A stretch of 64,000 nucleotides of DNA from Candidatus Eiseniibacteriota bacterium (GTDB taxonomy: Bacteria > Eisenbacteria > RBG-16-71-46 > DASYSL01): the NCBI GenBank assembly GCA_031431875.1, contig JANPEF010000028.1:8793-72792 (forward strand). Reading direction: 5' to 3'. The notes under the pieces are model-generated. The model did not search any database. It was given only the letters and a program-made list of their open reading frames with translations, and was not told where the DNA came from. A program made the translations under genes and the position numbers. Positions 13,183 through 24,500 of this stretch are shown in pieces; the stretch's first letter is position 1, and the number at the start of each line of letters is the position of its first letter.

Positions 13183-14040
13183 ATGTCGACCCGCACGTTC
13201 CCGACCCGCATCCGGATCCTTCCCGCGCTCGGCTTCCTCACGGTCCTTGCGCTGTTTGCCGTCGGTTGCGATTCCGACGATGGCCCGGTGGTCGTGGTCG
13301 ACTCCATTCCGCCCGCGGCGCCGCAGGCGGTGAGCACCGTGACCGGTGATGGTCGCGTGACCATCTCCTGGGTGCCGAACACCGATGGGGACCTCGCCGG
13401 CTACCGCGTCTACCGCGGCGTCGACGGATACCTCGGCGAGATGTTTCCGCTGGCGACGACCCCGTCGACCACCTTCGTCGACGCCGCCGTGCTCAACGGA
13501 ACGACCTACTCCTACGCGGTCGCGGCCTACGACGTGGCCGGCAACGAGAGCGCACTGTCGGTCGAGAACACCCAGGATACGCCGCGTCCGGCGGGGGCGA
13601 ACCTGGTGCTCTACGACATTTCGTTCGAGCCGGGCGAGCTGGCGGGCTACGACTTCTCGGCGGGCGTGTTGCGCCTTGCCGGCGACGCGTCGACCGATCT
13701 CTACTACGAGGTCGCCGGCGGCACGCGGCTGATGGTGGCGCGCGACCTGTCGACCGACGTTCAGGACGCGGGCTATCGCGGGCTCGACGACCTCGACTGG
13801 GCACCGGACGAGGGCTGGTCGCCGACGGGGACGGTGGAACTCATCGTCGGCCACGCCTACTACGCATGGACCCGGACCGGGAACTTCGCGAAGTTCCGCG
13901 TCACCTCGATCACCGACAGCCAGGTGCGGATCGATTGGGCTTACCAACTCCAGGCCGACAACCCTGAGTTGATCCGGACGCCGCGGCGGGATCCGCTGCT
14001 GGCCGCGGTGGGCACGACGGCCGGCGCGACGGCGCGGTAG
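13183..14040 (+). CDS. Lipoprotein with fibronectin type III domain
   Basis: Lipobox LFAVG-C; FN3 signature VTISW..DLAGYRVYR..TYSYAVAAYDVAGNES. Confidence 0.8.
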   Translation: MSTRTFPTRIRILPALGFLTVLALFAVGCDSDDGPVVVVDSIPPAAPQAVSTVTGDGRVTISWVPNTDGDLAGYRVYRGVDGYLGEMFPLATTPSTTFVDAAVLNGTTYSYAVAAYDVAGNESALSVENTQDTPRPAGANLVLYDISFEPGELAGYDFSAGVLRLAGDASTDLYYEVAGGTRLMVARDLSTDVQDAGYRGLDDLDWAPDEGWSPTGTVELIVGHAYYAWTRTGNFAKFRVTSITDSQVRIDWAYQLQADNPELIRTPRRDPLLAAVGTTAGATAR

Positions 14041-14193
14041 GCTTCCCGGCCGTTCGCGGGAGAAACCGCGGAGTCGCGGGGTAAGAATCGTCGGACGGTC
14101 CCGAGGGGCGGTTGACCCTCGGGGCGACATCCCCCAGAGTGAAAGGCGGCCCGCACCCGTGGGGGTGCGGGCCGTTCCCTGTCCGGAGACCCG

Positions 14194-15144
14194 ATGCCCC
14201 TGCGCACCTCGCTCCCCTGGTGGACCCTGCCCCTCGGCGCCGTGCTCCTGGCGGTCGCCGCCCCGGCCCGCGCCGGCACCACCACCGGATTCGCCTTCCT
14301 CAACCTGCCCGCCGGCGCCCGCGCGGCCGCGCTGGGCGGCGCCTACACCGCAATCGCCGACGACCCGACCGCCGCCTTCTGGAATCCAGCCGGAATTGCC
14401 CCGGCCGTGGCCGTCGGACCTTCGGGGGAGATCGCCGTCACCGGGGTCCATCACGAGAGCATCCAGAACTTCCGCCAGGACCTGGTCGCCGCCACGTGGC
14501 GGAAGTCCGACGACGGCCTGTCGCTGGCGTTCAACTCGCACTACACGGGCGGGCTCGACGGCACCGACGCGATCGGCAACCCGCTGGGCACGTTCGGGGC
14601 GAGCGACTTCGCCGTCTCCGGTGGATACGCCGCGACCATCGCGGCCGGCGCGCGTCTGGGGGCCACGCTCGGCTGGGTCAGCGAATCGATCGCGGGCAAC
14701 TCGGCTTCGACCCTGACGTTCTCGCTGGGCGGGCTCTACGCGCCGGCGGGGCTCGCGGGGCTCACGCTCGGCGCCGCGGTGCGTCAGCTCGGGGGCAGCC
14801 CGAATTTTTCGACCGTGGATGGCGCGGCGGGCGAAGCGGTCGAACAGCCGCTGACCGTCGCCGGCGGGGCCTCGTACGCGGGAGGGAAGTCGTCGCTGCG
14901 CTGGCTCGTCAGCGGCGAGGTCAGCAAGCTCAAGGGCGACGACATCGAGGGCCGGGCCGGGCTCGAGGTGCGGCCGGCGACCGGGCTGGCGGTCCGCGCG
15001 GGCTGGATGTTCGGGCAGGACGCCGCGGACTTCACGGCGGGGGCCGGCGTGGGCGTCGGAAACGTGGCCTTCGACTACGCGTTCGTGCCCTACCACGACG
15101 ACCTGGGCAGCTCCCACCGCGCGGGGCTCACCGCCCGATTCTAG
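14194..15144 (+). CDS. PorV/PorQ family outer-membrane protein (T9SS-associated family)
   Basis: FAFLNLPAGARAAALGGAYTAIADDPTAAFWNPAG; C-terminal FDYAFVPY..LGSSHRAGLTARF. Confidence 0.8.
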   Translation: MPLRTSLPWWTLPLGAVLLAVAAPARAGTTTGFAFLNLPAGARAAALGGAYTAIADDPTAAFWNPAGIAPAVAVGPSGEIAVTGVHHESIQNFRQDLVAATWRKSDDGLSLAFNSHYTGGLDGTDAIGNPLGTFGASDFAVSGGYAATIAAGARLGATLGWVSESIAGNSASTLTFSLGGLYAPAGLAGLTLGAAVRQLGGSPNFSTVDGAAGEAVEQPLTVAGGASYAGGKSSLRWLVSGEVSKLKGDDIEGRAGLEVRPATGLAVRAGWMFGQDAADFTAGAGVGVGNVAFDYAFVPYHDDLGSSHRAGLTARF

Positions 15145-15935
15145 GTTCCGTCTGGAACCTGGCGCACGTCGATCCCCGGGTGCCCGGGTTCCAGCGGCAC
15201 GCCCTTCTCACCATCCCATCGCTCGAGTCCGAACTTGCCGTCGCGCAGGCTCGCGAACGTGAAGTTCGTCACCCAGTCGCCGAGAATGAGGAAGTCCTTC
15301 CCCTCGCGCCGGAAGTGCGTCGGGTGGTGATAGTGCCCGGTGAGCACGCCGTCCGCGCCGGTCGCGAAGCGGGGCAGGGCGAGCTGGCGATAGAGCCACT
15401 CACGATCCACCTTCGATTCGTCGCGACTGCCGCGCGACAGCCGCGACACGAGGTGGGCGAAAGGAATGCCGAGGTCGGGATGGATCCACCGGTAGGCGGC
15501 GATGGTCAGCGGATTGCGCAGGAGTCGCTTGAGCAGCTTGTAGCCCAGGTCGCCGCGCGCGAGCCCGTCGCCGTGCATGAGAGCGAGCCGGCGCCCGTCA
15601 AGTTCGACCGTTGTCGGGTCGTCGAACGTGGTGATCCCCAGCTCCTGGCGCAGGAAGGCCCCGGCCCACCAGTCGTGATTGCCACCCAGGTAGGTGAGCT
15701 CGACGCCGGCGTCGGCCAACGCGCCCAGGCGGCGCACCGTGGCCAGGTGCTCACGCGGGATGGCGTGGCGGTAGGTGAACCAGAAATCGAACAGGTCACC
15801 GAGGATGAACAGCCGGCGGGCGTGCGCGGCGCGGCGTTCAAGGAACGTGCCCAGGAGGTCCTCGCGGATCCGGTCGCGGTCGGAACGGGACGAGCCCAGG
15901 TGGACATCCGACAGGAACAGCGCTTCGTCGCTCAT
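15141..15935 (-). CDS. lpxH: UDP-2,3-diacylglucosamine diphosphatase
   Basis: FLSDVHLG, LGDLFDFW, GNHD, HGD, GHYH, LGDW. Confidence 0.85.
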   Translation of the reverse strand: MSDEALFLSDVHLGSSRSDRDRIREDLLGTFLERRAAHARRLFILGDLFDFWFTYRHAIPREHLATVRRLGALADAGVELTYLGGNHDWWAGAFLRQELGITTFDDPTTVELDGRRLALMHGDGLARGDLGYKLLKRLLRNPLTIAAYRWIHPDLGIPFAHLVSRLSRGSRDESKVDREWLYRQLALPRFATGADGVLTGHYHHPTHFRREGKDFLILGDWVTNFTFASLRDGKFGLERWDGEKGVPLEPGHPGIDVRQVPDGT

Positions 15936-16103
15936 GGCCGGAGAGTGCCGCAAAGCGCGGGGCGCGACAAGGCCGCCAAATCGCTGTGAAGCGCCGCGAT
16001 CCGGCGTTCGCCGCCTTGACCGCCGTCGCCCATGGCTCCTAGCATGATCGTGTTCGTCCGTAACGCATCCGGTCTCCGCCTGGCGGAGAGGAGGACTCGC
16101 CCC

Positions 16104-17672
16104 ATGTCGATCGATCGTTCCCCGTTGGGCCCGGCCCGCATCTGGGCAGGGGCCGCCGTCTTCGTGACCTGCGGACTGGTGCTCGGGCTCGCACTCGCCG
16201 GTACGCTCCATCTCTCTCCCGAGTCCGTCGCCCAGGGCGTGGTCGAGCCGGCGTACCAGAATGCCGCAACGATGGCGCCGTTGCCCGGAATGGAGAGCCC
16301 ATTCGTCGCCGTCGTCGAGCGCGCCGCGCCCGCCGTCGTGAGCATCGAGGCCCGCCGCAAGGTCGGGGCTGCGGGGAACTCGTCGGACATGGAAGAGATG
16401 TACCGCCGCTGGTTCGGCCAGCCGCCGGGCGGCAACGGCGGCGGCACCAACGAGCGTCGCCAGCAGCAGTACACCCCGTCCTCGGGCTCGGGCTTTCTCA
16501 TCGACCCCGACGGTCGCATCCTGACCAACAACCACGTGGTTCGCGATGCCTCCGAGATCACGGTCACGCTGTCCGACAAGCGCACGTTCAAGGCCCGGAT
16601 CATCGGCCAGGATCCGGCGACCGACGTCGCCGTGATCCAGATCAACGCTTCGGCCCCGCTGCCCGCGCTACCGCTGGGCAACTCGGACGGCATCAAGGTC
16701 GGCGAGTGGGTGCTGGCCATCGGCAATCCACTCGGTGAACTGCAGGGCTCGGTCACCGCGGGCATCGTCAGCGCGCGCGGTCGCTCGGCGCTCAACATCG
16801 CCGGTGGCGCGCCCGACTACCAGGACTTCATCCAGACCGACGCGTCGATCAACTTCGGCAACTCGGGCGGCCCGCTGGTCAATCTGCGCGGCGAGGCCAT
16901 CGGCATCAACACGGCGATCAACGCGCAGGGGCAGGGGATCGGCTTCGCCATCCCGATCAACCTGGCGCGGCACATCGCCGAGCAGCTGGTGGCCAACGGC
17001 AAGGTGGTCCGCGGGTTCCTCGGCGTCGTGCCGACCGAGCTCACGCCCGACCTCGCCGAGACCTACGGACTCAAGGCCGACGCGGGCGTGGTGGTCAACG
17101 AGGTCTCCGACGACTCGCCCGCGAGCCGCGCGGGCATCAAGCCCGGCGACATCATCACGTCGTTCGACCAGGCGCGGGTCCGGGACGTGACCGCGTTTCG
17201 CCTCAAGGTGGCCGACACGCCGGTCGAGAAGAAGGTCGGTGTGGCGCTGCTGCGCGACGGCAAGCCGCTGAACGTCAGCGTCACGCTCGCCAACCGCGAG
17301 GTCATGCTCGCCCAGGCGACCGGGCGATCCCGTCCGGTCCCGGGCGGCGCGCCCGAAGAAGTGGCCCCCGCGGATCTGGGCATGAGCGTGCGCGCGCTCA
17401 ACGACCAGGAACACGAGGTGCTCGCCGAGAACATCAACGGCGTGGTCGTGAGCGAGGTCGAGCCCGGTGGGGCGGCAGCGACGGCGGGCATCGAGGAGGG
17501 CGACCTGATCCTCGAGGCCGGCGGCAACGCGACCACCTCCCCGGCGGCGCTGGGCGCGGCGGTCAAGGCGGCGAGGGCGAGCGGGCGGCCGTTGCGCCTG
17601 CGGGTCGCCAGCGTCGACTGGAGCAGCGGCCGCATGGGCACCCGCTACGTCCCCCTGAAGCTCAAGGATTAG
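16104..17672 (+). CDS. degP: Do/DegP (HtrA) serine endoprotease with two PDZ domains
   Basis: GSGFLI..TNNHVV, DVAVI, QTDASINFGNSGGPL. Confidence 0.9.
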   Translation: MSIDRSPLGPARIWAGAAVFVTCGLVLGLALAGTLHLSPESVAQGVVEPAYQNAATMAPLPGMESPFVAVVERAAPAVVSIEARRKVGAAGNSSDMEEMYRRWFGQPPGGNGGGTNERRQQQYTPSSGSGFLIDPDGRILTNNHVVRDASEITVTLSDKRTFKARIIGQDPATDVAVIQINASAPLPALPLGNSDGIKVGEWVLAIGNPLGELQGSVTAGIVSARGRSALNIAGGAPDYQDFIQTDASINFGNSGGPLVNLRGEAIGINTAINAQGQGIGFAIPINLARHIAEQLVANGKVVRGFLGVVPTELTPDLAETYGLKADAGVVVNEVSDDSPASRAGIKPGDIITSFDQARVRDVTAFRLKVADTPVEKKVGVALLRDGKPLNVSVTLANREVMLAQATGRSRPVPGGAPEEVAPADLGMSVRALNDQEHEVLAENINGVVVSEVEPGGAAATAGIEEGDLILEAGGNATTSPAALGAAVKAARASGRPLRLRVASVDWSSGRMGTRYVPLKLKD

Positions 17673-17675
17673 CGG

Positions 17676-18932
17676 TTGCGCCCTTTCGATCGCACGCGAG
17701 CGTGGGCCCTCGGGTTCGCGCTCGCGTTCGTCGTCGCGGGAGGAGTGACCGCCGATGTGGTCGCCCCGCGCGACGCCGACGCGGCGACCCGGAAGAAGAA
17801 GTCGAGCAGCAAGAAGACACCGGCCAAGCCGGTCACGCCCGTCGCGCAGAGCATGCGCAGCTACGCTGGCCCCGACGCCACGCGCCTGGTGCTCGACCTG
17901 AGCGCCTCGGCCACCTACCGGCTCGTCACCAGCGACTCCGCGGCGTCGCGTTTCGATGTCGTGATCGACCGCGCCGTGCGGTCGCCCGCGCTCGAGATGC
18001 CCGCGCTGGGCCCCGGCGCCGTGCGCGCCGTGTCGGTCGAGGAGGATCCGGCCGGGCTGCGCCTGCGCGTCGAGCTGGAGGAGTGGGTGCGGCCGCGCAT
18101 CTTCGGCCTCGTGGGCGAGACGGGGACCGCGCCGCGCGTGGTCATCGACATCGATCGTCCCGGCCAGGCCGGGCGCGATGCGGCCGAGCGCGAGCGCGTG
18201 GCGAAGGTCACGGCCAGCGGGCAGCGCATCATCATCGTCGACCCGGGCCACGGCGGCGAGGCCGTGGGCGCGGTGGGGCCCAAGCGCACCTACGAGAAGA
18301 CGATCGCGCTCGCCATCGCCCGCATGGTCGAGGAAGAGCTGGAGAAGAACGCGGGGATCTCGGTCGTCCTCACCCGCACGGCCGACTACGACGTGCCGCT
18401 GCGCGATCGCTATCGCGTGGCCGAGCGCTACCAGGCGGACGCCTTCGTCTCGATCCACATGAACTCGGCTCGCGGGCGCAACGGCAACGGCATCGAGGTC
18501 TACTTCCTGTCGCTGGCCAGCGCCAGCGACGAGGCGTCGAAGAACCTGGCCGACCTCGAGAACGCCGCCGACAAGATCTCGGCGGGGCCCGCCGAGCGCG
18601 GGGACGACGACCTGGTCGGCATCCTCTTCGACCTCAAGCAGACCGAGGTCATCCAGCAGTCGTCGCTGCTCGCCGAATCCGTGCTCACGCAGATCGAGGA
18701 CGGGCGCAACACGACGTCGCGGGGGATCAAGCAGGCGCCCTTCGCGGTGCTCAAGTCGCCGGTCGTGCCGTCGATCCTGGTCGAGTGTGCATTCATCAAC
18801 AATCCGGCCGAGGAGCGCCTGCTGCGCGACCCCCAGTTCCAGCGCGACATGGCACGCATGATCGCCCGCGGCGTCACCACCTACCTGGCCAAGGCGCCGC
18901 CGGTCGTGCGCGGGCGGACTTCCGCCAACTAG
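17676..18932 (+). CDS. N-acetylmuramoyl-L-alanine amidase (AMIN-like + Amidase_3)
   Basis: VDPGHGG, EKTIAL, FVSIHMN, PSILVECAFINN. Confidence 0.9.
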   Translation: MRPFDRTRAWALGFALAFVVAGGVTADVVAPRDADAATRKKKSSSKKTPAKPVTPVAQSMRSYAGPDATRLVLDLSASATYRLVTSDSAASRFDVVIDRAVRSPALEMPALGPGAVRAVSVEEDPAGLRLRVELEEWVRPRIFGLVGETGTAPRVVIDIDRPGQAGRDAAERERVAKVTASGQRIIIVDPGHGGEAVGAVGPKRTYEKTIALAIARMVEEELEKNAGISVVLTRTADYDVPLRDRYRVAERYQADAFVSIHMNSARGRNGNGIEVYFLSLASASDEASKNLADLENAADKISAGPAERGDDDLVGILFDLKQTEVIQQSSLLAESVLTQIEDGRNTTSRGIKQAPFAVLKSPVVPSILVECAFINNPAEERLLRDPQFQRDMARMIARGVTTYLAKAPPVVRGRTSAN

Positions 18933-18998
18933 CAGGCTCCGTCCGAAAACTCCTCGTGGTACTCTCCGCCCGCCTGCGGCCGCGGGCGGGAGGACGCC

Positions 18999-19757
18999 TT
19001 GATCGAAGTCCGCAACCTGTTCAAGCACTATGGATCGTTCGTCGCCGTCGACGACCTGTCGTTTGCCGTCGCGCCTGGCGAGATCGTCGGCCTGGTCGGC
19101 CCCAACGGCGCGGGCAAGACCACGACGTTGCGCTGTCTCGTCGGCATCCTCCGGCCCACGTCGGGGGCGGTGCTGGTCGCCGGGCATGACCTGAGCAGGG
19201 ATCCGGTCGAGGCCAAGCGACGGCTCGCGTGGATGCCCGACGAGCCCCACCTGTTCGATTACCTGACCGTCCGCGAGCACCTGGAGTTGACGGCGCGCCT
19301 GTACAACGTCGAGGGTGCCGAGGGCCGGGGCCGCGCGCTGCTCGAGGAACTCGAGTTGGCGGACAAGGCGGGCGCGCTGCCGGGCGAGCTGTCGCGCGGC
19401 ATGAAGCAGAAGCTCGCCATCGCCTGTGGTCTGCTGCACGAACCGGAGGCGATGCTGTTCGACGAACCGCTGACCGGGCTCGATCCGTACGGCATCCGCC
19501 GCATGAAGCGAACGATCCTCGAGCGCAAGAGCCGCGGGGCCGCGATCGTGGTGTCGTCGCACCTGCTGCACCTGGTCGAGGAGATCGCCGACCGCGTTCT
19601 GATCCTGCAGAACGGGAAGCGCATCGCGCTCGGCTCGCTGGCCGAGATCCGCGCCGCCGCCCCGGGCCTGGCCCAGGATGCGACGCTCGAGGAGATCTTC
19701 CTCACCGTCACCGGCCGCGGTGGCGACGATCCGGACGGGGCGCCCTTCTCGCGATGA
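18999..19757 (+). CDS. ABC transporter ATP-binding protein
   Basis: GPNGAGKTT, LSRGMKQK, FDEPLTGLD. Confidence 0.92.
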   Translation: MIEVRNLFKHYGSFVAVDDLSFAVAPGEIVGLVGPNGAGKTTTLRCLVGILRPTSGAVLVAGHDLSRDPVEAKRRLAWMPDEPHLFDYLTVREHLELTARLYNVEGAEGRGRALLEELELADKAGALPGELSRGMKQKLAIACGLLHEPEAMLFDEPLTGLDPYGIRRMKRTILERKSRGAAIVVSSHLLHLVEEIADRVLILQNGKRIALGSLAEIRAAAPGLAQDATLEEIFLTVTGRGGDDPDGAPFSR

Positions 19758-21592
19758 GCGACGTCTTCGGCGTCTTCCGCTTCCTCACCATCCGTACGAC
19801 GAAGAACAAGGTCCTGCGGCAACTACGCCGCCTGCGCGAGCCGCGTTACCTCGTGCCCACCGCGGTGAGCCTGCTGTGGATCGGGTTCTGGATGTCGAAC
19901 GTGCTGCGCACGGGCATGCGCGGCCGCCCGAGCGGGCAGTGGAACAAGGTCCTGGGCCCCGAGGTGATCGACGGGTTCGCGCTGGCCGGCGGCGTCGTCC
20001 TGCTGGTGTGGACGGCCTTGTTGTGGCTTCTCCCATCGAAGGGAGCGGTGCTCGAGTTCACCCGCGCCGAGATCCACTACCTGTTTCCGGCGCCGGTGAC
20101 GCGGCGTCAGGTCGTCCACTACAAGCTGCTGAGCGCCCAACTCGGCATCCTGTTCGGCGCTTTCATCACGTCGTTCTTCTGGGGCCGCGGGCTCACCTCC
20201 GTCGCCGGCTGGGGTCGTCTGCTCGGCATCTGGCTGCTGTACGCGACGCTGCACCTGCACACCATGGGCGCCGGATTCGCGACCGCCGAGTTCATCGCGC
20301 AGGGTGTCTCGGGACTGCGGCGGCGGATCGTGCCGCTGCTCGCCTTCGCGGCGTTCGCGACCGCCGCGGTCCTCGGCGTGCTCGCGGGCTGGCCGGCGAT
20401 CGTGGCGGCGGCCCGCGGCCTCACCGGCGACGACGACAAGGTGACGCGCGAGGGAATCGCCGCGTTCGTCGCGGCGGTCGGCAAGGTGGGGACGACGGGC
20501 GTGCTGGGCGTGGCGCTGTGGCCGTTCACGGTGTTCCCGCGGCTCATCCTGGCGCAGAACGTGGGCGACTTCGTGCGCTGGTTGCCGCCCGCCTTCGCGA
20601 TCCTGCTTGCCAACTACCTGTGGGTGATCCGTTCCGACGCGGCGTTCGAGGAAGCGGCGGTCGACGCCGCCCAGAAGCGCGCCGAGCGCGTGTCCGCGCG
20701 GCAACAGGCGTCGCGCCGGGGCGGTGTCCTGCCCACGAAGGTGCGTTCGTTCCCGTGGCGCCTGTCGCCGCACGGCCGGCCGGGCATCGCGCTCCTGTGG
20801 AAGAACCTCGTCTCGCTGGCCCGCGTCACTCCCGTGCGCGCGTTGATCGGACTCGGAGCGTTCCTCTTCGGGATGGTGGGCCTGGTCGCGGGATTGAACG
20901 ACGCGGGAGCGCCGTTCGGCCTGATTGCGGCGTTTCTCGCCGCGCTGATCGCGGCATTCACCGCGATGTTCGGGCCGCTGTTCGTGCGCAACGACCTGCG
21001 CGAGGACCTGTTCCACATCGACGCGGTGAAGACGTTTCCGCTGTCGGGCCGGGCGATCGTGCGCGGCGAGCTGCTGGGGCCGTGGGTCGTGCTCACCGCG
21101 ATCGAGCTGGCGGCCCTGGGGGCCGCGGCGATCGCCCTCGCCTGGGTGGGTTCCGCCGCCGTCGGTGCGCTCGGACTGGAGCGCATCCCGTCGGTGTCCT
21201 GGTGGTTCGCGGCCCTGCTGGGCGCGGCCCTGCTGCTGCCCGCGCTGACCGGCATCCAGCTCACCCTGCAGAACGGGCTCGTCCTGCTGTTCCCGGCGTG
21301 GGTCTCGCTCGCTCACTCCCGGGCTCGCGGCTTCGAGGCGTCGGGGCAGCGCATGCTCACGCTGTTCGGTTCGGTGATCGTGCTCGCGCTCTGCGCGCTG
21401 CCCGCGGCGGTCTCGGGTGCGGTGGCGATGTGGTTGCTCGCCGGACCGATGGGCGCGCCGGCGATCGTCATCGGTGCGGCGATCGCGGCCGGCTGGCTGG
21501 TGATCGAGGTGTGGTGGGCGACGCAGTTCCTCGGCCGCCTTCTCGATCGCCTCGACCCGTCGACGGCCGGGATCGAGGCGCCGGAGGGCTGA
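19754..21592 (+). CDS. Putative ABC exporter membrane subunit
   Basis: ATGA overlap with the ATPase; many TM helices; FTRAEIHYLFPAPV motif. Confidence 0.75.
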   Translation: MSDVFGVFRFLTIRTTKNKVLRQLRRLREPRYLVPTAVSLLWIGFWMSNVLRTGMRGRPSGQWNKVLGPEVIDGFALAGGVVLLVWTALLWLLPSKGAVLEFTRAEIHYLFPAPVTRRQVVHYKLLSAQLGILFGAFITSFFWGRGLTSVAGWGRLLGIWLLYATLHLHTMGAGFATAEFIAQGVSGLRRRIVPLLAFAAFATAAVLGVLAGWPAIVAAARGLTGDDDKVTREGIAAFVAAVGKVGTTGVLGVALWPFTVFPRLILAQNVGDFVRWLPPAFAILLANYLWVIRSDAAFEEAAVDAAQKRAERVSARQQASRRGGVLPTKVRSFPWRLSPHGRPGIALLWKNLVSLARVTPVRALIGLGAFLFGMVGLVAGLNDAGAPFGLIAAFLAALIAAFTAMFGPLFVRNDLREDLFHIDAVKTFPLSGRAIVRGELLGPWVVLTAIELAALGAAAIALAWVGSAAVGALGLERIPSVSWWFAALLGAALLLPALTGIQLTLQNGLVLLFPAWVSLAHSRARGFEASGQRMLTLFGSVIVLALCALPAAVSGAVAMWLLAGPMGAPAIVIGAAIAAGWLVIEVWWATQFLGRLLDRLDPSTAGIEAPEG

Positions 21593-21595
21593 GGT

Positions 21596-24500
21596 TCAGC
21601 GGTTCGCGTCCGCTGCCGCCGAGGTCCCCAGGTTCTTGATCCGGCGCCCGCCGGTCGGGCTCAGGTGCTCGCCCCTCGCCGTGCGCTTCTCGAGGTCCTT
21701 CTCCATCGCTTCGCGCACCAGGATCCCGGTCACCGTGAGGCCCTTGCCCTCGGCGAACATGGTGAAGCCGTCGCCGCCCTGCGCCATGAAGTCGTTTGCA
21801 GCCACGGCGTACGTGGCGGCCGGATCGACGGCGATGCCGGCCGCGGTCTTCAGGTCGCGCACCCGTTCGCCGCGTGGCTTCGCGGGATCGAACGCGAACG
21901 TCAACCCCGAGACCTGGATGCACGTCGTCGGCGAGACGCCCGTCTCCAGCACCGACTTCACCTGCGCGCCCGTCAGCTGCACGGTGGCGATACGGTTGTC
22001 GAACGGCATGATGGCGTAGACCTCGCCGACCGTGACCGGCCCGGCGTCGAGCTCGGTGCGGATCCCGCCGGGGTTCTGGAATGCGAAGTCCGCGCCCGTC
22101 GCCTCGCGCATCGCGTCGGAGATCCAGTTGCCCAGCGCGGAGTCCTCGGCGCGGCTGCGTCCCATCGCCTGGTCGGCGGTGCCGAGGATGCGGCCGGTGA
22201 TCGGCGCAATCGCCGCGTTGGTCTGCTCGACGAACGCCAGCGTCGCCGGATCGGGGCGCACGTCGTCGGCGTACGTGGGGATCATGCGCGCGTGCGTCTC
22301 GGCGGGGACGACAGCGCCCTTGCCGTCTTCGGCGCGGCGATCGACGACCACGTCGAGCCGGCCCAGGTACTGCCCGCTGGAGCCCGCGATCATCGCGGGG
22401 ACCCCGCTCGCCTCGCCGAGGAGGCGGTTATGGCTGTGGCCGCCGAACACGGCCAGCTCGCCGGGCACGGCGCGCGCGACGTCGGCCAGCTCGCCGCTCA
22501 CCTTTCCCGTCGAATCCTGGCGCCCTGGAATGTGGCCGATCACGACGTACAGGGCCGCACCCGCCGCACGCACCGAGTCGACGAGCGAGGCTGCGGTCTT
22601 CCCGGCGTCCTTGAACTCGAAGTCCTTGACGTGCTGCGGCATCGTCGTCTGCGGCGTATCCTCGGTGCACAGGCCGAGAATGCCCACGGAGAGGCCGCGT
22701 CGCGTCTCGATCGTCCACGGCGCGATGCCGGCCATCCGCTTGCCGGTCGCGCGATCGAACCAGTTCGCGCCGAGCGGCGTGAAGTGTGCACCGGCCATGC
22801 GGGCGCGCAGCGTGTCGACGCTCCAGTCGAACTCGTGGTTGCCGATCGCGGCCGCGTCGACGCCGAGCCGGTTCATCAGGTCGATCACCGGGCGCCCGAA
22901 GCGCAGGTTCGAGATCGCCGTGCCCTGCATCCAGTCGCCGCCGTCGGTGAGGATCGTGCCCTGCGGGTTGAGCGCGCGCTCGCGCGCCACGTAGGCGGCC
23001 AACACGGCCGCGCCGCCCCACGGCTTCTGCGACGAGCGCTCGGTGGCGCCGGGCAGGAGCGCGCCGTGGAAGTCGGTCATGTGCAGGAAGGTCAGGCGCG
23101 GGAACACCGCGTCGGCGAGCACCGCGGCACCCTCGGCGACGGTGAGCGGACGATCGGCGGCGCGGCCATCGGCGAGCCCGAACGGATCGTCGGCGGCCGT
23201 GGCACGGCCGCGCTGGGTCGCGGGCAGCGCGTTCGCGCTCCACTCGATCGCGCGCGACAGCGGCACCGTCGCCGTCGGGTCGAGCTTCACCGGCGACAGC
23301 TTCTGCTTCTTGCGCGCGGACTCGCCGGCGGGACCCAGGGGCTCGGGCACGCCAAGCATGCGTACCCAGTCGGCGAGGCGACGGTGGGTGAGCGGCGCAT
23401 CGAGGCGATAGGTCAGCGCGCTGTCCGGCGGGATGACGCCGCGCCGCACCAGGCGCTCGATCGGCTCGCGCGCGGGCGAGCCGACCCACTCGGGGGCGAG
23501 GCGCCAGTTGCCGTCGGTGCGGCGCCGGATCGTGCCCTGCTCGCGCATGTAGGCGACAACGGCGCTGCGCGCGGGAACGCGCCGGGTGGAGACCTCGCGG
23601 CCGTTCTTCAGCATCGTGTAGCCGCCGCCGCCGTTCACCCGGTAGTTGTTCACGGCCACCTTGATCATGCGATCGGGCGCCAGCAGCGCCCCGTCGAGTC
23701 GCAGGTCGCGCACGCGTTCGCCGGCGGGGCGCGACAGGTCGAGCGTGTAGGTCAGTCCCTCGACCGTGTCGAAGTTGTAGCCCTGGATGTCCGGGTTCAC
23801 CGCCGGACCGGGCGTTCGCCCGAAGTCGTAGGGCATGTAATAGCGCGAGGAGTGCTCGAGCGCGGCCTTCATGTCCGCGCCCGAGAGCTCGATCGCGGCC
23901 AGAGTGTTCTCGTACGGGTAGATCGCGAACACGTCGCGGACGGTCACCGGCCCCGGCGTGATGCGCGCCCGCGGATTGAACATCGCCGACAGCGACACGT
24001 CGGCGCCGGTCGCTTTGAGCTGTGCGCGGTCGACGATCTCGTGCAGAGCGTTGTCGCGGATGCGTGCGTCGCCGCCGTCGAGCGTGTCGGCTGCCTGGGC
24101 GATGATCGTCGACAGGTACGCCTCGGTCGCGTCGTGGTACGGCTTCGCGATGGCCTCGATCGCGGGGTCGCTGGCGACCGTCTCGTCGACGTCGTAGACG
24201 CGACCCTTGCGGTCGGTGAGCTTGTAGCGCCCGTTCGGCTGGCGGTCGAACGTCAGGTCGAGGCGTCCCAGCCCGTCGGCCCAGCGCCCGGACTGGGTGA
24301 GCAGCACGCCATTCTCGATCCGCGACTCGATGCGCACGTGGGTGTGGCCCATGATGATCGCATCGACGCCCGGCACGCCGCGGGCGATGGCGAGCACGCG
24401 GTTCTCGTTCGGCATCTGGTTCGGCCTGGGCCGCCCGTTCGCGTCCTCCTCGAGTCCCATGTGGCAGACGACGATGATCGCATCACAGCGCTCGCGCTCG

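Noticed and set aside
12096..13382. ORF-track ORFs across the intergenic region, plus mini-ORFs MNPVESDDRVTLRAPD (12584-12634) and MYRSLPFMKPAPAL (12801-12845)
   Set aside because: Atypical codon usage and no motifs; the long ORFs cross the promoter or terminator and the mini-ORFs lie inside stems. A dual-function peptide cannot be fully excluded.
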